Part shown: one piece after another, positions 1-9,943 of the stretch
Layout of the letters: every line of letters begins with the position of its first letter
Position numbering within the stretch: position 1 is the first letter of the stretch
Source: a virus
Taxonomy: Duplodnaviria > Caudoviricetes
IMG/VR virus record: IMGVR_UViG_3300030116_002768
Span: 1-31,069 of that record
DNA: 31,069 nt
Strand: one strand, 5' to 3'
Notes under the pieces: generated by a model
Seen by the model: only the letters and a program-made list of their open reading frames with translations
The model's database searches: none
What the model was told of the DNA's origin: nothing
Made by a program: the position numbers and the translations under genes

Positions 1-420
1 GCTCGCTCTTAACACTTGTTTTCTTGGCCCTTCCGTCACCGCTGAACAGTGCACCCATCCAGAGTTGGGATCTCCCTCATCATAAAATTCCAGAATTAGT
101 TGGTCAAATTCCGTATTTTTACTAATCCAAGTCGCAAGCTCCTTGTTGTCAACTCCAGGTATCTCGAAGTCTGCTGCCTCACCCCTGGCATGCTGTGACT
201 TAGTCGAAGACCCGATAGCTTCGCACAGCTCTGGGCTACGATAGCCTGAAGATATAACGACCGCTTTGCCAAAATGTTCTCTGACAGGTTGCAGGACAGT
301 CTCCGCTAGGTGAATAAGATTTTCTACATGCGCTGTTGATGGTTCATTGTTGATACCTTTGCGCGTTGCTGTTTGAGATTTAGTCATCTCTGCTAGTGAA
401 AAGTTTGCTGATAGTTTCAT
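1..420 (-). CDS. Peptidase M15A-family Zn peptidase, probable endolysin (3' end runs off the window)
   Basis: Not in the ORF track; hand translation from ATG at 420: MKLSANFSLAEMTKSQTATRKGINNEP...VISSGYRSPELCEAIGSSTKSQHARGEAADFEI...FDQLILEFYDEGDPNSGWVHCS. It has the SGYR, SxHxxGxAxD and WVH Zn-ligand motifs of M15 peptidases. ATGA overlap with the upstream gene. Confidence 0.93.
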   Translation of the reverse strand, partial: MKLSANFSLAEMTKSQTATRKGINNEPSTAHVENLIHLAETVLQPVREHFGKAVVISSGYRSPELCEAIGSSTKSQHARGEAADFEIPGVDNKELATWISKNTEFDQLILEFYDEGDPNSGWVHCSAVTEGPRKQVLRAS

Positions 421-677
421 ATCATCCCCAATAAAGTTTCTATAAATACTAAACCAACGGCCCCCACCGTAGTTATAACAACCCAATAGATTTTGTCTAT
501 TTTACCACCCAGTTTTTCTACATCTTCATGCACGTGTGTGATCTTGTTGTCTAGGTGCGCAAGGTGGTTAGTTTTAATTATTTCTATTTCACGCTCCACA
601 CCCTTTACATGTCCATACAAAGATATGATGTGTTCTCTGTCACCCTCTGGTGTTATGCCTTTAACTGTGTCGTTCAT
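417..677 (-). CDS. Small coiled-coil protein with C-terminal transmembrane helix; putative holin-like lysis protein
   Basis: 86 aa; heptad-like N-terminal part followed by hydrophobic IYWVVITTVGAVGLVFIETLLGMI; coupled to the endolysin. Holin role is inferred from position and topology. Confidence 0.6.
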   Translation of the reverse strand: MNDTVKGITPEGDREHIISLYGHVKGVEREIEIIKTNHLAHLDNKITHVHEDVEKLGGKIDKIYWVVITTVGAVGLVFIETLLGMI

Positions 678-3600
678 TATCCTGTTCCAAATATAGGATC
701 TGTCGATCCAAAAACTTGTTGTCCACGTTGCGCTGTGGCCACTTGTTGTCCACCAATTAACGGTTGTGCTAGAGCTGTATTATCTAACGGTGTGCCCCCT
801 AATTGTGATATTGGTCCAATCGCTCTTTCACTTATAGTAGCTCTAAACGGATTGTCAATTATAGGAAAATCATCACCTAATCTAAGTCTTTGATACCTTC
901 TAATTATTCTTTTTATTTGATCCAATGATCTTGCAAAAGCATCAGGTTGACCTATTTCTCTAGCGTTATCAGCAAAAGCTTGAGCTATGTTTTCTGATGG
1001 TATGAAAGGTGTAAACCTGCCATTTTGTATGGCTCTGACTTGTTTGTTGGAAACACGATCTTCAAAAGTATTTTCTAAAGCTCTGTCAGATACACCAAGT
1101 GTTCTAGCTGCATAGTAATCTTTAAACATTCTTTGTTGAACTCTAAACAAAGATTGATTTGCAACTTGAAAACGATCAACAACTTGCTCCGGTGTTATAG
1201 GTCCACCTTTCAGTAGTGGCCCTGTAAACTCACGACGTGAATTGTTTATACCTGTTCTAAAATCTGCAATTTTAAATTTCATAGATCTTGCCGGGTCAAC
1301 TTCAACCACACGCATACCAGCCACACCAAGCAGCTCGTCACCAAATTCATAACTCCTACCATACTCATCAACGGTTTCTGTTAAAGCTTGTCCCATTCTA
1401 ATAAAGGCAGGCCCTGAACCAGGAACAACCGTTGCTCCTAAATGTTTTATTCCTGCATAAAAAGCCTCACCCCAAGGTGTTTCATCTGTCCATAGTCTAC
1501 GTCCTTCAGCCGTACGACCACCTCTACCAAGTATTGGCGCCACATCCATTAAACCCTCTGTCCATATTGATTCACTTACAAATGGAGATGCAGTTTCTTT
1601 TGTTGCATCAATCATGGCTAAGAAAGTATTTTTAAATACTTCTTCTTCCTCCAAACCTTTTTGCACACCGTTAAACAAAGTGTTTATTGGTCTAATTAAA
1701 GTGTCATACGCGTTGGCATGTGAGAAATCTATATATTTTAATTTACCATCCTCACCTCTAATCGGAACTAAAGTAGAATTCTTTGACCACTCAGGCACAA
1801 ATCGTCTGAGAGCCGACATCTCTTCTTCTGTTACGTCGTGTATAGCTTTAAATGCCTCCACTGTTCCGTATGGAACACCCAATGTCGTGGTCGCCATACC
1901 AAACAATCTTTTCATACCTATGTCTCTAAAAGGTGTAACCACACGTCCATCAGCTAATGTGTGTGTTGTAAATATTTCTTTCCACGCTTGATTTAAAATA
2001 TTGTATCCAGTTCTGTATATTTCTGCAGGGAAGGACACAAAGTTACCAAACGGTAATTGTCTTAAATCTTTTACAAAGTCATTAACATAATCGTAGTTAG
2101 GCACGTTGTTTTTAACAATTTTAGCTGCCTCTTCATCTAGTAATTCTTTGCTGTATTTCATACCAAACTTTTTGTAAGTGTCTTCTAGTCTTGATCTCTC
2201 TATGGCAAAGGTTGTTATCTTCCAGAAGTCATCCTCTGCTGTGTACATGTCCTCGGTCCACTTTTTAAGTTTGGACATTGGTCGCATCATGTTTCTAAGA
2301 GCAACGTTACTGTCAAATTTTTCGCCAAAGTTTACGTCTTTTAATAATTTTTGTAGATCACCAAGACGCACGTTTGTGTTTACAACACCTAGTCTTAAAA
2401 GTTCACGGTATCTTGTGTTATCTATTCTTGCTCCAGGAACTTGCAAAGCACCGTATGCCTCTCTAAACGCTCTACCTGTATCATCAAAACTAACTGTTAA
2501 CCCCGGTATGATACCGTTGGCTGCAGCAAACGCACCAGCAGATATAAAATTACGTGCATGTGTAATAGGACTTAAAACTGTTTTTGCAAGTTGTGATGTT
2601 GCTTTTGGATACAATATGAAACTTTGATACAATTGAAATAAATTAGATTTATCTTTAGCTATCATTGCTGATTGTTCTATTGCCTCTGCAACTCCGCGTT
2701 CCGCGTACAGTCCATCAAGAGGATTGACTATGCCAGCTTCTTCCGTTCTGTTTGGATCTAGTTCTATCTTTTTTATATTTTTACCTAGATCATTTATCGC
2801 TTCTAGTTCTGTTTCTCTAAACATACCACGTAATCCAGCGGGTATTTCAGCGCCAGGGTTTTCTCTTATAAATTTATTTCTTCTTTCCAGTATTTCATCG
2901 TTGTTTCTTTTTAATGTTTGAAACAATTGATTACGTCTTGTTACTAAAGATAATTTATTTGTGCCTGTAAGAATAGTTTGTAAAGGGTCCTCTACTTTAC
3001 CAAGAACCTCTTCAACTGCTCTTCTTGCATCATCAGTCAAAGACTCAAGAGGTAGTGTCTTTGGCGGCATTTCAAGATCAGCTAATGTTGTTTTATTTAC
3101 AAAAAAGTCTGGTGCATTAAAATAAACACCTGAAGTTCTTTCGGCTGAAGTTGATATGGCTTTTGGTGGAGTCGCTGTTTTTATAAGTTCGTTTACATAA
3201 TACTCTGCTTGTTCGTCACTCAATTTAACACCACTCTCTGATGCAGATTCTTTAAATAATTGCATCATTTTCTTAACAGCCTGCTCTGATGGTTTATAAT
3301 TTAACAAAGGTATTACAGATTTATTTCTAAATATTTCATACGTTGATCCGAGATAGTCTTTAAATTTTTTACCAAACAACGGAGCAAATTCTGACAATGC
3401 GTCTTTACCCATGGCCGTTCCTAAATCATCAAACATTAGTTGCCAACCAGCTCTTATGTCATAAAAAGAATCTATTACCCCTTGAATATCTTCTGCTTTA
3501 CCACCTTTGTCTCTCATTATTTTTGTTATCTCTTTAATTTTATTTTTGTCCATGGCACCAAAAGATGTTTTACCTGTGACACCACTTATGTTGTAGTCAC

Positions 3601-5626
3601 CTGACAAAAGCGTGTCGTTTAACTTAGACATAAATTCACGACGACCTTTATTACCCATTTGATTAAATGGGTTTTTTACAAACGGAAATATTGCATCAAT
3701 ATGTCTGTCAAGTTTTCTAGATATTTCTTCAGCTCTGTTAATATCACTACGTCTAAGTCCTAGGTTTGCTCTTTCTATGTCAAAAAATTCTTGTGTCTTT
3801 TTACCCCTAGGTCGTAAGTATGCAAAAAATTTATCTATGGCATCGTTATTAGACTGTAAATCATTGCTTCTTCTAATTAAAGATTTTATAGCTGAACCTG
3901 TGCCACCCACTGCGCCAATTAAAAGAGATGAGTCTACTCCAAATTTAATTCTGTTTGCAACTTCTCTGGCGGCACTATTTTCATCGTTCTCCCTTAGTTG
4001 TGTTGGTCCACCAAACATATCTCCTATTGTTCCCACGTGTTCAGGATCACCTACAAATATCATATCAGACACACCCGCTGCTCCTGCTCCACCGAGAGTT
4101 GCAAACAATCTGCCTTTTGCGTTTAAAGATGTTTTAAATTTTTCTTCTAGTCTAGGGTCTGTTAATCTAAAATAATTACCGTGTTTTTTTGCAAGCATAG
4201 CTTTCGTTGCAAGCTCAGCCCCTTTTTTAAAGGCAAAACCACCTGGCACACCAAGGTTAACCATGATACGTGTAAGATCTCCGGCAAATGTAGCCTCAGC
4301 TTTTTCATCTAGGTTAGTTAAATTGTCAAAATATCTTTCTACCTTAGCCGCGTTGCTTGTTCCAAACCCAAGATCAAGTAGTGCCGCACCAAGAGTAAAT
4401 GCACCTTTTGGTATGTCAATTAAACCAGCACCAACACCGGCTAACATTGATTCCAATGTTCCAACCTTGTTAGTGCCAAGCCCCTCTATACGAAAACCTT
4501 TTTGTTTATCTTTAGTGAGGCCACCGATTGACATGTCAACTCGGCCACCATCCTTAACACCTAAAATAGCGTCAGTAGTTGTTCCTTGTATGCCTTTTTT
4601 TAAGGCCACAGTTTTTGTAACAGACTCTGGAAGTTGACCAAAATTTTTTATTTTACCAGTTATGGGATCTTTTAATGTAGTAAAAATTCTAAGAGCCTTC
4701 ATATTTTCATCAATCGCATCTAATTGATTTTGGTTTTGTTTTAATAATTTAAATAAACTAATTTTTCTTGTTGATTTTAAATCAGATGTTTCATCTAACT
4801 CTGCAAGTAATCTATTTCTATTATCCAAAAGAAGAGTTAATTTGTCTTCCATTTGTTTATGAAAAAATTCATTTTTTTCCGACGTTGTTAAAAAAGTTGG
4901 TTTTAATCTTTGTGTTGTAGCTTTAGTTGTTGAAGGACTAGTGAAATAAGTTTGACCACCAAGACCCGTTGTTTTTTCTGGAACATCTCCTAAACCAATT
5001 TTATAAATAGATTTTTGAGTGCCTTCGTTTGCTACATGAGAAGCGTCTAATTCTACCTTTGTGTTTCTAGCAAGTTCTTTTAGTTCTCTCATTTTTTTAG
5101 TTTGACTATCAGAAAGAACAACGCTTGATTTTGGAGCTAAAGGTTTTTTTAAACCCAACTTTTTCATCATCGCTCTTCTACCTCTTTGCATTTGATCTTT
5201 AGATGTAAAAAAAGAAAAACTTGTCATAAAAAGATCATCTATTTCTTTTGTAGATCTCCCTGATACCCCTTGAGGTATTGTTGACCACAATGTTACAGCT
5301 TTTTCAAAGCGCTCTTCATCTGCTTTATTTTTAAAACTAATTGCACCAATGTTTTCATTTACGGTTACATCTCTTTTTTCTAGACCTGCTGCTACAGTTC
5401 CGTATTTTTTTAATTTAGTTTCTTTCATTTTTTGACCTTTTGTTTTTTGTGCTTTCTCTATTATACGTTGGGTCTTTTTAACTAAATCATCTCGATATTT
5501 TTTTGCTTTATCAAGTTCATTTGCTTTAAAAGTTTTGTAAAACTTTTTATCACCTATTTCTCTTGATACCTGATAAGAACCGCTGGGAAGTCTATAAATA
5601 AATCTACCTAATGCGCTTACAGCCAT
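677..5626 (-). CDS. Large internal virion/ejection protein (1649 aa) with a Lys-rich N-terminal extension
   Basis: Long ORF with GGAG RBS upstream; last and largest gene after the tail nozzle, the position of T7 gp16 / P22 gp16-type ejection proteins; mostly helical composition with Gly/Ala-rich hydrophobic segments around aa 390-580. Confidence 0.75.
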   Translation of the reverse strand: MAVSALGRFIYRLPSGSYQVSREIGDKKFYKTFKANELDKAKKYRDDLVKKTQRIIEKAQKTKGQKMKETKLKKYGTVAAGLEKRDVTVNENIGAISFKNKADEERFEKAVTLWSTIPQGVSGRSTKEIDDLFMTSFSFFTSKDQMQRGRRAMMKKLGLKKPLAPKSSVVLSDSQTKKMRELKELARNTKVELDASHVANEGTQKSIYKIGLGDVPEKTTGLGGQTYFTSPSTTKATTQRLKPTFLTTSEKNEFFHKQMEDKLTLLLDNRNRLLAELDETSDLKSTRKISLFKLLKQNQNQLDAIDENMKALRIFTTLKDPITGKIKNFGQLPESVTKTVALKKGIQGTTTDAILGVKDGGRVDMSIGGLTKDKQKGFRIEGLGTNKVGTLESMLAGVGAGLIDIPKGAFTLGAALLDLGFGTSNAAKVERYFDNLTNLDEKAEATFAGDLTRIMVNLGVPGGFAFKKGAELATKAMLAKKHGNYFRLTDPRLEEKFKTSLNAKGRLFATLGGAGAAGVSDMIFVGDPEHVGTIGDMFGGPTQLRENDENSAAREVANRIKFGVDSSLLIGAVGGTGSAIKSLIRRSNDLQSNNDAIDKFFAYLRPRGKKTQEFFDIERANLGLRRSDINRAEEISRKLDRHIDAIFPFVKNPFNQMGNKGRREFMSKLNDTLLSGDYNISGVTGKTSFGAMDKNKIKEITKIMRDKGGKAEDIQGVIDSFYDIRAGWQLMFDDLGTAMGKDALSEFAPLFGKKFKDYLGSTYEIFRNKSVIPLLNYKPSEQAVKKMMQLFKESASESGVKLSDEQAEYYVNELIKTATPPKAISTSAERTSGVYFNAPDFFVNKTTLADLEMPPKTLPLESLTDDARRAVEEVLGKVEDPLQTILTGTNKLSLVTRRNQLFQTLKRNNDEILERRNKFIRENPGAEIPAGLRGMFRETELEAINDLGKNIKKIELDPNRTEEAGIVNPLDGLYAERGVAEAIEQSAMIAKDKSNLFQLYQSFILYPKATSQLAKTVLSPITHARNFISAGAFAAANGIIPGLTVSFDDTGRAFREAYGALQVPGARIDNTRYRELLRLGVVNTNVRLGDLQKLLKDVNFGEKFDSNVALRNMMRPMSKLKKWTEDMYTAEDDFWKITTFAIERSRLEDTYKKFGMKYSKELLDEEAAKIVKNNVPNYDYVNDFVKDLRQLPFGNFVSFPAEIYRTGYNILNQAWKEIFTTHTLADGRVVTPFRDIGMKRLFGMATTTLGVPYGTVEAFKAIHDVTEEEMSALRRFVPEWSKNSTLVPIRGEDGKLKYIDFSHANAYDTLIRPINTLFNGVQKGLEEEEVFKNTFLAMIDATKETASPFVSESIWTEGLMDVAPILGRGGRTAEGRRLWTDETPWGEAFYAGIKHLGATVVPGSGPAFIRMGQALTETVDEYGRSYEFGDELLGVAGMRVVEVDPARSMKFKIADFRTGINNSRREFTGPLLKGGPITPEQVVDRFQVANQSLFRVQQRMFKDYYAARTLGVSDRALENTFEDRVSNKQVRAIQNGRFTPFIPSENIAQAFADNAREIGQPDAFARSLDQIKRIIRRYQRLRLGDDFPIIDNPFRATISERAIGPISQLGGTPLDNTALAQPLIGGQQVATAQRGQQVFGSTDPIFGTG

Positions 5627-5634
5627 ACTCGCTC

Positions 5635-7233
5635 CTAACTAGATGCGTGGGCTCTTGCCTCTTCCACATCGTTTGTAAATACTGGTGTTCCTGCTGAATT
5701 AACAGCGGCGTATAATTTATTTGTCATAGTTATATTTTTAGGGTCACTAAATACGCCAGGTTGTGCAAGTAATGCATCTTGATCTAAATTACCTTTGTCA
5801 TCCTCTGGAACTCTTTGACTTACACCTTGAGCAATCGCTGTTTGATATCTTTGTGCTTGTTCTAAATCGCTAAAATCTCCACCTAACATCATTTGTCTTA
5901 GAGCTTCATCGTCCGCTGCTCTTCTTGATATATCTTCAGTTATAGCTAACTCAGCCGCAGCTTGTGTAACTGCCGTGTCTTGTGCTCTTTTCTCTGCCAT
6001 TGCTTGTTGTAGTGGCTCGTTAAACGCTTCAGCTGCTGCTCCATAGCCCTCGCCTTCCATCAGAGCGGCACCTGCTCCGGTAAGAGCGCTGCCCAATGTC
6101 ATTAATTTATTAGTGTTGTCTTCTCCAGCTATCAGTCGTTGATAGTCTTCAAAAGCAGCTTGTCTAGCCTCTGCAGCTCTTTCAGTCATCTCTGCTTGAA
6201 GATCAATGTTAGCGTCAGTTCTACTAATATAGTCTTCTACATTCACAGCGTCTGGTTCTTCACCAGCACCAAATAGTTGTTTTATACTTTCTCCAACTCC
6301 TGGTTTTTCTCCATATAAATCTTCATAATATTTTTCATATTCTTCACCTGTGCCTAAAAATAAATTTTCTAAACCTTCACCAACTGTTTCAGCAGCAAGT
6401 GCATCTTTAATCGCAGGTATATAACCTTCAGTCATAACTCTAGGATAACGACCCATTTCTGTAAATGTTTGTTTTATAAAATCACCTGCAGTTTCTGCAT
6501 CATCTTCCATACCACCAAAAACATCACCACCAAATAATGTTTGACCTGCTAGAGAAGTACCTGCAGTTGTGCCAAGAGCTGTTTTAAGTTTGTTTCTTCT
6601 TATTGTATTAAATATGTCAGTAACACTATCTCTTGGATATGTTCTGTAATAATTAACTATATCAGCTATGTCTTTTCTACCTGTTTTTGTAAATGGTTTA
6701 GCTCCAACTTTTGCAGCTGTTCTTGCACCTGGTAATAAAATAGATAATAAGCCTTTTCCAATAGTTCCAAAGAAGTGACTTTCTCTCATCTTTCCGTCTG
6801 GACCTTGCACTTTAGGGTTCATCCCACTACCAACACCAGCCGGCACTTGACCACCTTGTTTAAAAGACAAACCAGACGTCAGACCAGTGCCATGTGCACT
6901 AGCTGACCCACCTAGTTTAAACATCTTTCTTCTAAGTGCTACGTTGCCACCGTTAGCATATGGTGCCGGTGAATATAAAGATGGTCGTTGTTGACCCATC
7001 ATCATTTGTTGTAAAGCCATGTTGTATTGATTTTGTTGATTTTGTTGCTGTTGCATCATCTGCATATTAGCTGCGTTCTGTGCTTGTTTCGCTTCAGCTC
7101 TACCTATCATGTCCCCTTGAACCATGCCAGCCAAGCCAAGTTCGCCCGGTAATTTAACTTTACCAGACACCAAAGCTGCCGCCGGACTTATTGGTGCAAA
7201 TTTATCTAAACTTCCTGATACTGATGATCCCAT
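5635..7233 (-). CDS. Putative internal virion/ejection protein (532 aa), N-terminus MGS
   Basis: TAATG-coupled; Q/M-rich N-terminal part, three xxGG motifs (YANGG, FKLGG, FKQGG), acidic Ala-rich helical C-terminal half. Confidence 0.65.
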   Translation of the reverse strand: MGSSVSGSLDKFAPISPAAALVSGKVKLPGELGLAGMVQGDMIGRAEAKQAQNAANMQMMQQQQNQQNQYNMALQQMMMGQQRPSLYSPAPYANGGNVALRRKMFKLGGSASAHGTGLTSGLSFKQGGQVPAGVGSGMNPKVQGPDGKMRESHFFGTIGKGLLSILLPGARTAAKVGAKPFTKTGRKDIADIVNYYRTYPRDSVTDIFNTIRRNKLKTALGTTAGTSLAGQTLFGGDVFGGMEDDAETAGDFIKQTFTEMGRYPRVMTEGYIPAIKDALAAETVGEGLENLFLGTGEEYEKYYEDLYGEKPGVGESIKQLFGAGEEPDAVNVEDYISRTDANIDLQAEMTERAAEARQAAFEDYQRLIAGEDNTNKLMTLGSALTGAGAALMEGEGYGAAAEAFNEPLQQAMAEKRAQDTAVTQAAAELAITEDISRRAADDEALRQMMLGGDFSDLEQAQRYQTAIAQGVSQRVPEDDKGNLDQDALLAQPGVFSDPKNITMTNKLYAAVNSAGTPVFTNDVEEARAHASS

Positions 7234-8552
7234 TATGCTCGTGCTCCCGTTCCATATCCAAATAAACCACCTAGATTTGCAAGTATACCACTACCTAAAA
7301 ATGCACCACCAAGTGCTGACTGCATGCCTGTAGGCCCAGGTGCTGTCGTTGTTCCAATAGTTGTGCCTCCTGGGTATCCACCCATTAAACCTGCAAGTTG
7401 TCCACCCACAAAACCCATCTGTTCGTACGGTGCATACTGTGCTAGTTTGTTTCTTTGTGAAATAGCATCTAATCCTGCTTGTTGATATTTCTGTTGTTGA
7501 TCACCAAAGCTACTTAGTATTCCAAACTGTTGAGCACCAAACTGTGGTATCGCTTGTGCCACTTGCATATTAGCTTGTAGTGCTTGTTGGAAAGGTGACA
7601 TCTGTGATTGTGCTAACGCACCTTGACTTTGTGCCACTTGACCAAGAGCTTGCATGTCACCACTCGCAAGAGCCGCTGCTTGTGATCCTAGGCCTGCTTG
7701 TTGTTGTGCTGCTGATTGTAATAGTTGTTGATTTTGTGCTGCTTGTCCCATAGTCGCTTGACCAAGTCCCATTCTTTGTTGTTGTGCTTGTGCTGCTGCA
7801 GCTTGTGCACCAGCAAAACCTTGTTGTCTAAGACTAGCTAATGTTGATGCTAGTCCTCTAGCACCTTGTGCTCCAAGTTCGCCTTGTGCAACACCAAACC
7901 TGCCACCACCAAATGCAGAACCGGCACTCGCACCGAGTTGTGCTTGTTGTCTTGCCATTTCATTTTCAAACTCTGCTCTTGTAGCATCAATCACCTCTTG
8001 TTGATAAGGTGACATAAACTGTTCGTAAGCCCCTGGTCCTGTTAAATCTCTTGCCGCTTGAAAATCCGCGGCCCCCGCTCCTTGACCAGCGACTGCAGCT
8101 AATTGTGCAGCGTCTGCAGCAGTGCTGGCCCTTTGCATAAATGGTGAAGCCGCTCCACTAGCACTTAAACTTTGCGCTAGCGCTTGTTGTTGATCTAATG
8201 CACTTTGTGCTTGACCAATTGCGCCTGCTCCAGCACCTTGAATCTGTCCTGCAGCTGTTCCTGCTGCATCTAAAAATGGTTGATAAGCCCCGATCCCCGT
8301 TCCGGTAACCGCGCCTGTTGCTGGGTCGAAATCAAACCCCTGTCCTCTTAATCCTGAAACTATTGCTGCTTGTTGTAATTGGTTTTGTGCCGCGACTCTC
8401 GGTGCAAATGTATCTGTCTGTATGTTACCAGACAACATACCCATAAGCTGTGGTGTAAATAATGATAAAGCTGCTTCTATCGATGGTGACGATAACGTTT
8501 GTTGCGTGGTTGTGCCAGTGGTCTGCTGCGGTGGTGGTGACTTAGATCCCAT
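7233..8552 (-). CDS. Putative DNA-transfer/ejection protein (439 aa, Q/A/G-rich), N-terminus MGS
   Basis: Low-complexity helical protein with QFMSPYQQEVID and AFGGGRFGVAQ motifs, which I recognise from podovirus DNA-transfer proteins; hydrophobic Gly-rich C-terminus. Confidence 0.7.
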   Translation of the reverse strand: MGSKSPPPQQTTGTTTQQTLSSPSIEAALSLFTPQLMGMLSGNIQTDTFAPRVAAQNQLQQAAIVSGLRGQGFDFDPATGAVTGTGIGAYQPFLDAAGTAAGQIQGAGAGAIGQAQSALDQQQALAQSLSASGAASPFMQRASTAADAAQLAAVAGQGAGAADFQAARDLTGPGAYEQFMSPYQQEVIDATRAEFENEMARQQAQLGASAGSAFGGGRFGVAQGELGAQGARGLASTLASLRQQGFAGAQAAAAQAQQQRMGLGQATMGQAAQNQQLLQSAAQQQAGLGSQAAALASGDMQALGQVAQSQGALAQSQMSPFQQALQANMQVAQAIPQFGAQQFGILSSFGDQQQKYQQAGLDAISQRNKLAQYAPYEQMGFVGGQLAGLMGGYPGGTTIGTTTAPGPTGMQSALGGAFLGSGILANLGGLFGYGTGARA

Positions 8553-9943
8553 TATACTTTAGACTCCAAACTATTCATTAAATCATACATTCTTTGTGCG
8601 CCTACGTTTACATTACCGTCACCCGCACCTCTAACAGCATCAGCTGTCATTACAAATTCGTTCTTTGCTAGCATCGCTGGCACATCATCTTTTCTTTCAC
8701 GTGCACCCATAGGTATAAATCCTCCGCCACGGCCATCTATTTGCATACCGTTTGGTATACGCTCAGTTTGTGGCACGCTACCACCCATTGCCATTGGCAT
8801 CATGTCGTCTATCATTTCTTCTATTTGTATAATCTCGTCATCTGTTAAACGATCTAAAGATTTACCAAATTTATCTAATGCAATATTCTCCATCATGTCA
8901 GAGCGTTCTGCCATTGGATCTGGAGCTGATGCCATTTGCATTATGCCACCGTCTTTCATTTCATCACGGTCGCTTAAATAACCTCTTTTTTCCATTTCTT
9001 TGTAAAGTTCTTTTGATTCTAAGTCTTCAAACTCAGGAAAATCTCTTATAAAACTTTCTACTGCATATTTTAAATCACCACCATTAGCCAGTCCAATACG
9101 ACCACCCATGGCTCTACCTGTAGGGTTTAACTCTTCTCTTCTCATCATGTCAAACATTTGATCTGCGATTGCATCTTCGTTCATGCCAGGCGTTGTCCCA
9201 CCAAACAAAGCATCTAATATTATTTCTCTTTGTTCTATTTCATTTGCCATTTCTTCAATTGCATCTTTTCTTTTCTTTGGTTTAATAGATCCACCATCTG
9301 CTGCATATCTAGTTAGCCCTGAATAATTTAAACCTGGAAACATAGGTCTCCTTCTTCTTTGGAATGGGTTTGTAATTGTTTCATACTCACCGCCGTACCG
9401 TGATAACATCGGCGCTGTAATAGTGTTTAGTTGTTCGTCGGTGTATGCACCGCCCATCATTCTGTTCATTTCTCTCGCTAAATTGTATTGTGCCTGTGCA
9501 TCAACACCTAAATTCTTTTGTGCTTCTGTTTTTGGTTTACCCATTAATGACGCTAGTCCTGCTGCGCCCGCTCCTAAACCACCATAAGTCATCAAACCTT
9601 TTTTAGTAAGAGGGTTTTTTAAACCATACATTATGCCTTTTGCCAGTGTGCCTTTTAAAGGTGCAAACGCTCCTGCCGTTCCAAGAATACCTGATGTTGC
9701 TGCAGTGGCTGGAAAGCCAGCTGAAGTTAACGCTTGAGCAGCCATACCAGAACCCATTAAACTACCTTGCGCTGCTGCAGCGGCTCCTCCTGTGGCTGCT
9801 TTTCCAAGCATGGCTGCTTTTGCTGCTGGTCCAAATGCACCGAGTGCGGCTCCACCAGTTCCTATTGCTAATAAAGGTAATAGTACCTTTGGCCTAGCTA
9901 TTTTCTTTACTGCTTTACCTACACTTTTAAAAAGTGATCCCAT
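8552..9943 (-). CDS. Putative ejection/pilot protein (463 aa) with amphipathic N-terminus, xxGG-delimited modules and a tape-measure-like C-terminal domain
   Basis: MGSLFKSVGKAVKKIA amphipathic helix followed by a hydrophobic Gly/Ala stretch; C-terminal DDVPAMLAKNEFVMTADAVRGAG resembles the DSIPAMLSxGEFV motif of tape-measure protein C-termini. Confidence 0.7.
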   Translation of the reverse strand: MGSLFKSVGKAVKKIARPKVLLPLLAIGTGGAALGAFGPAAKAAMLGKAATGGAAAAAQGSLMGSGMAAQALTSAGFPATAATSGILGTAGAFAPLKGTLAKGIMYGLKNPLTKKGLMTYGGLGAGAAGLASLMGKPKTEAQKNLGVDAQAQYNLAREMNRMMGGAYTDEQLNTITAPMLSRYGGEYETITNPFQRRRRPMFPGLNYSGLTRYAADGGSIKPKKRKDAIEEMANEIEQREIILDALFGGTTPGMNEDAIADQMFDMMRREELNPTGRAMGGRIGLANGGDLKYAVESFIRDFPEFEDLESKELYKEMEKRGYLSDRDEMKDGGIMQMASAPDPMAERSDMMENIALDKFGKSLDRLTDDEIIQIEEMIDDMMPMAMGGSVPQTERIPNGMQIDGRGGGFIPMGARERKDDVPAMLAKNEFVMTADAVRGAGDGNVNVGAQRMYDLMNSLESKV

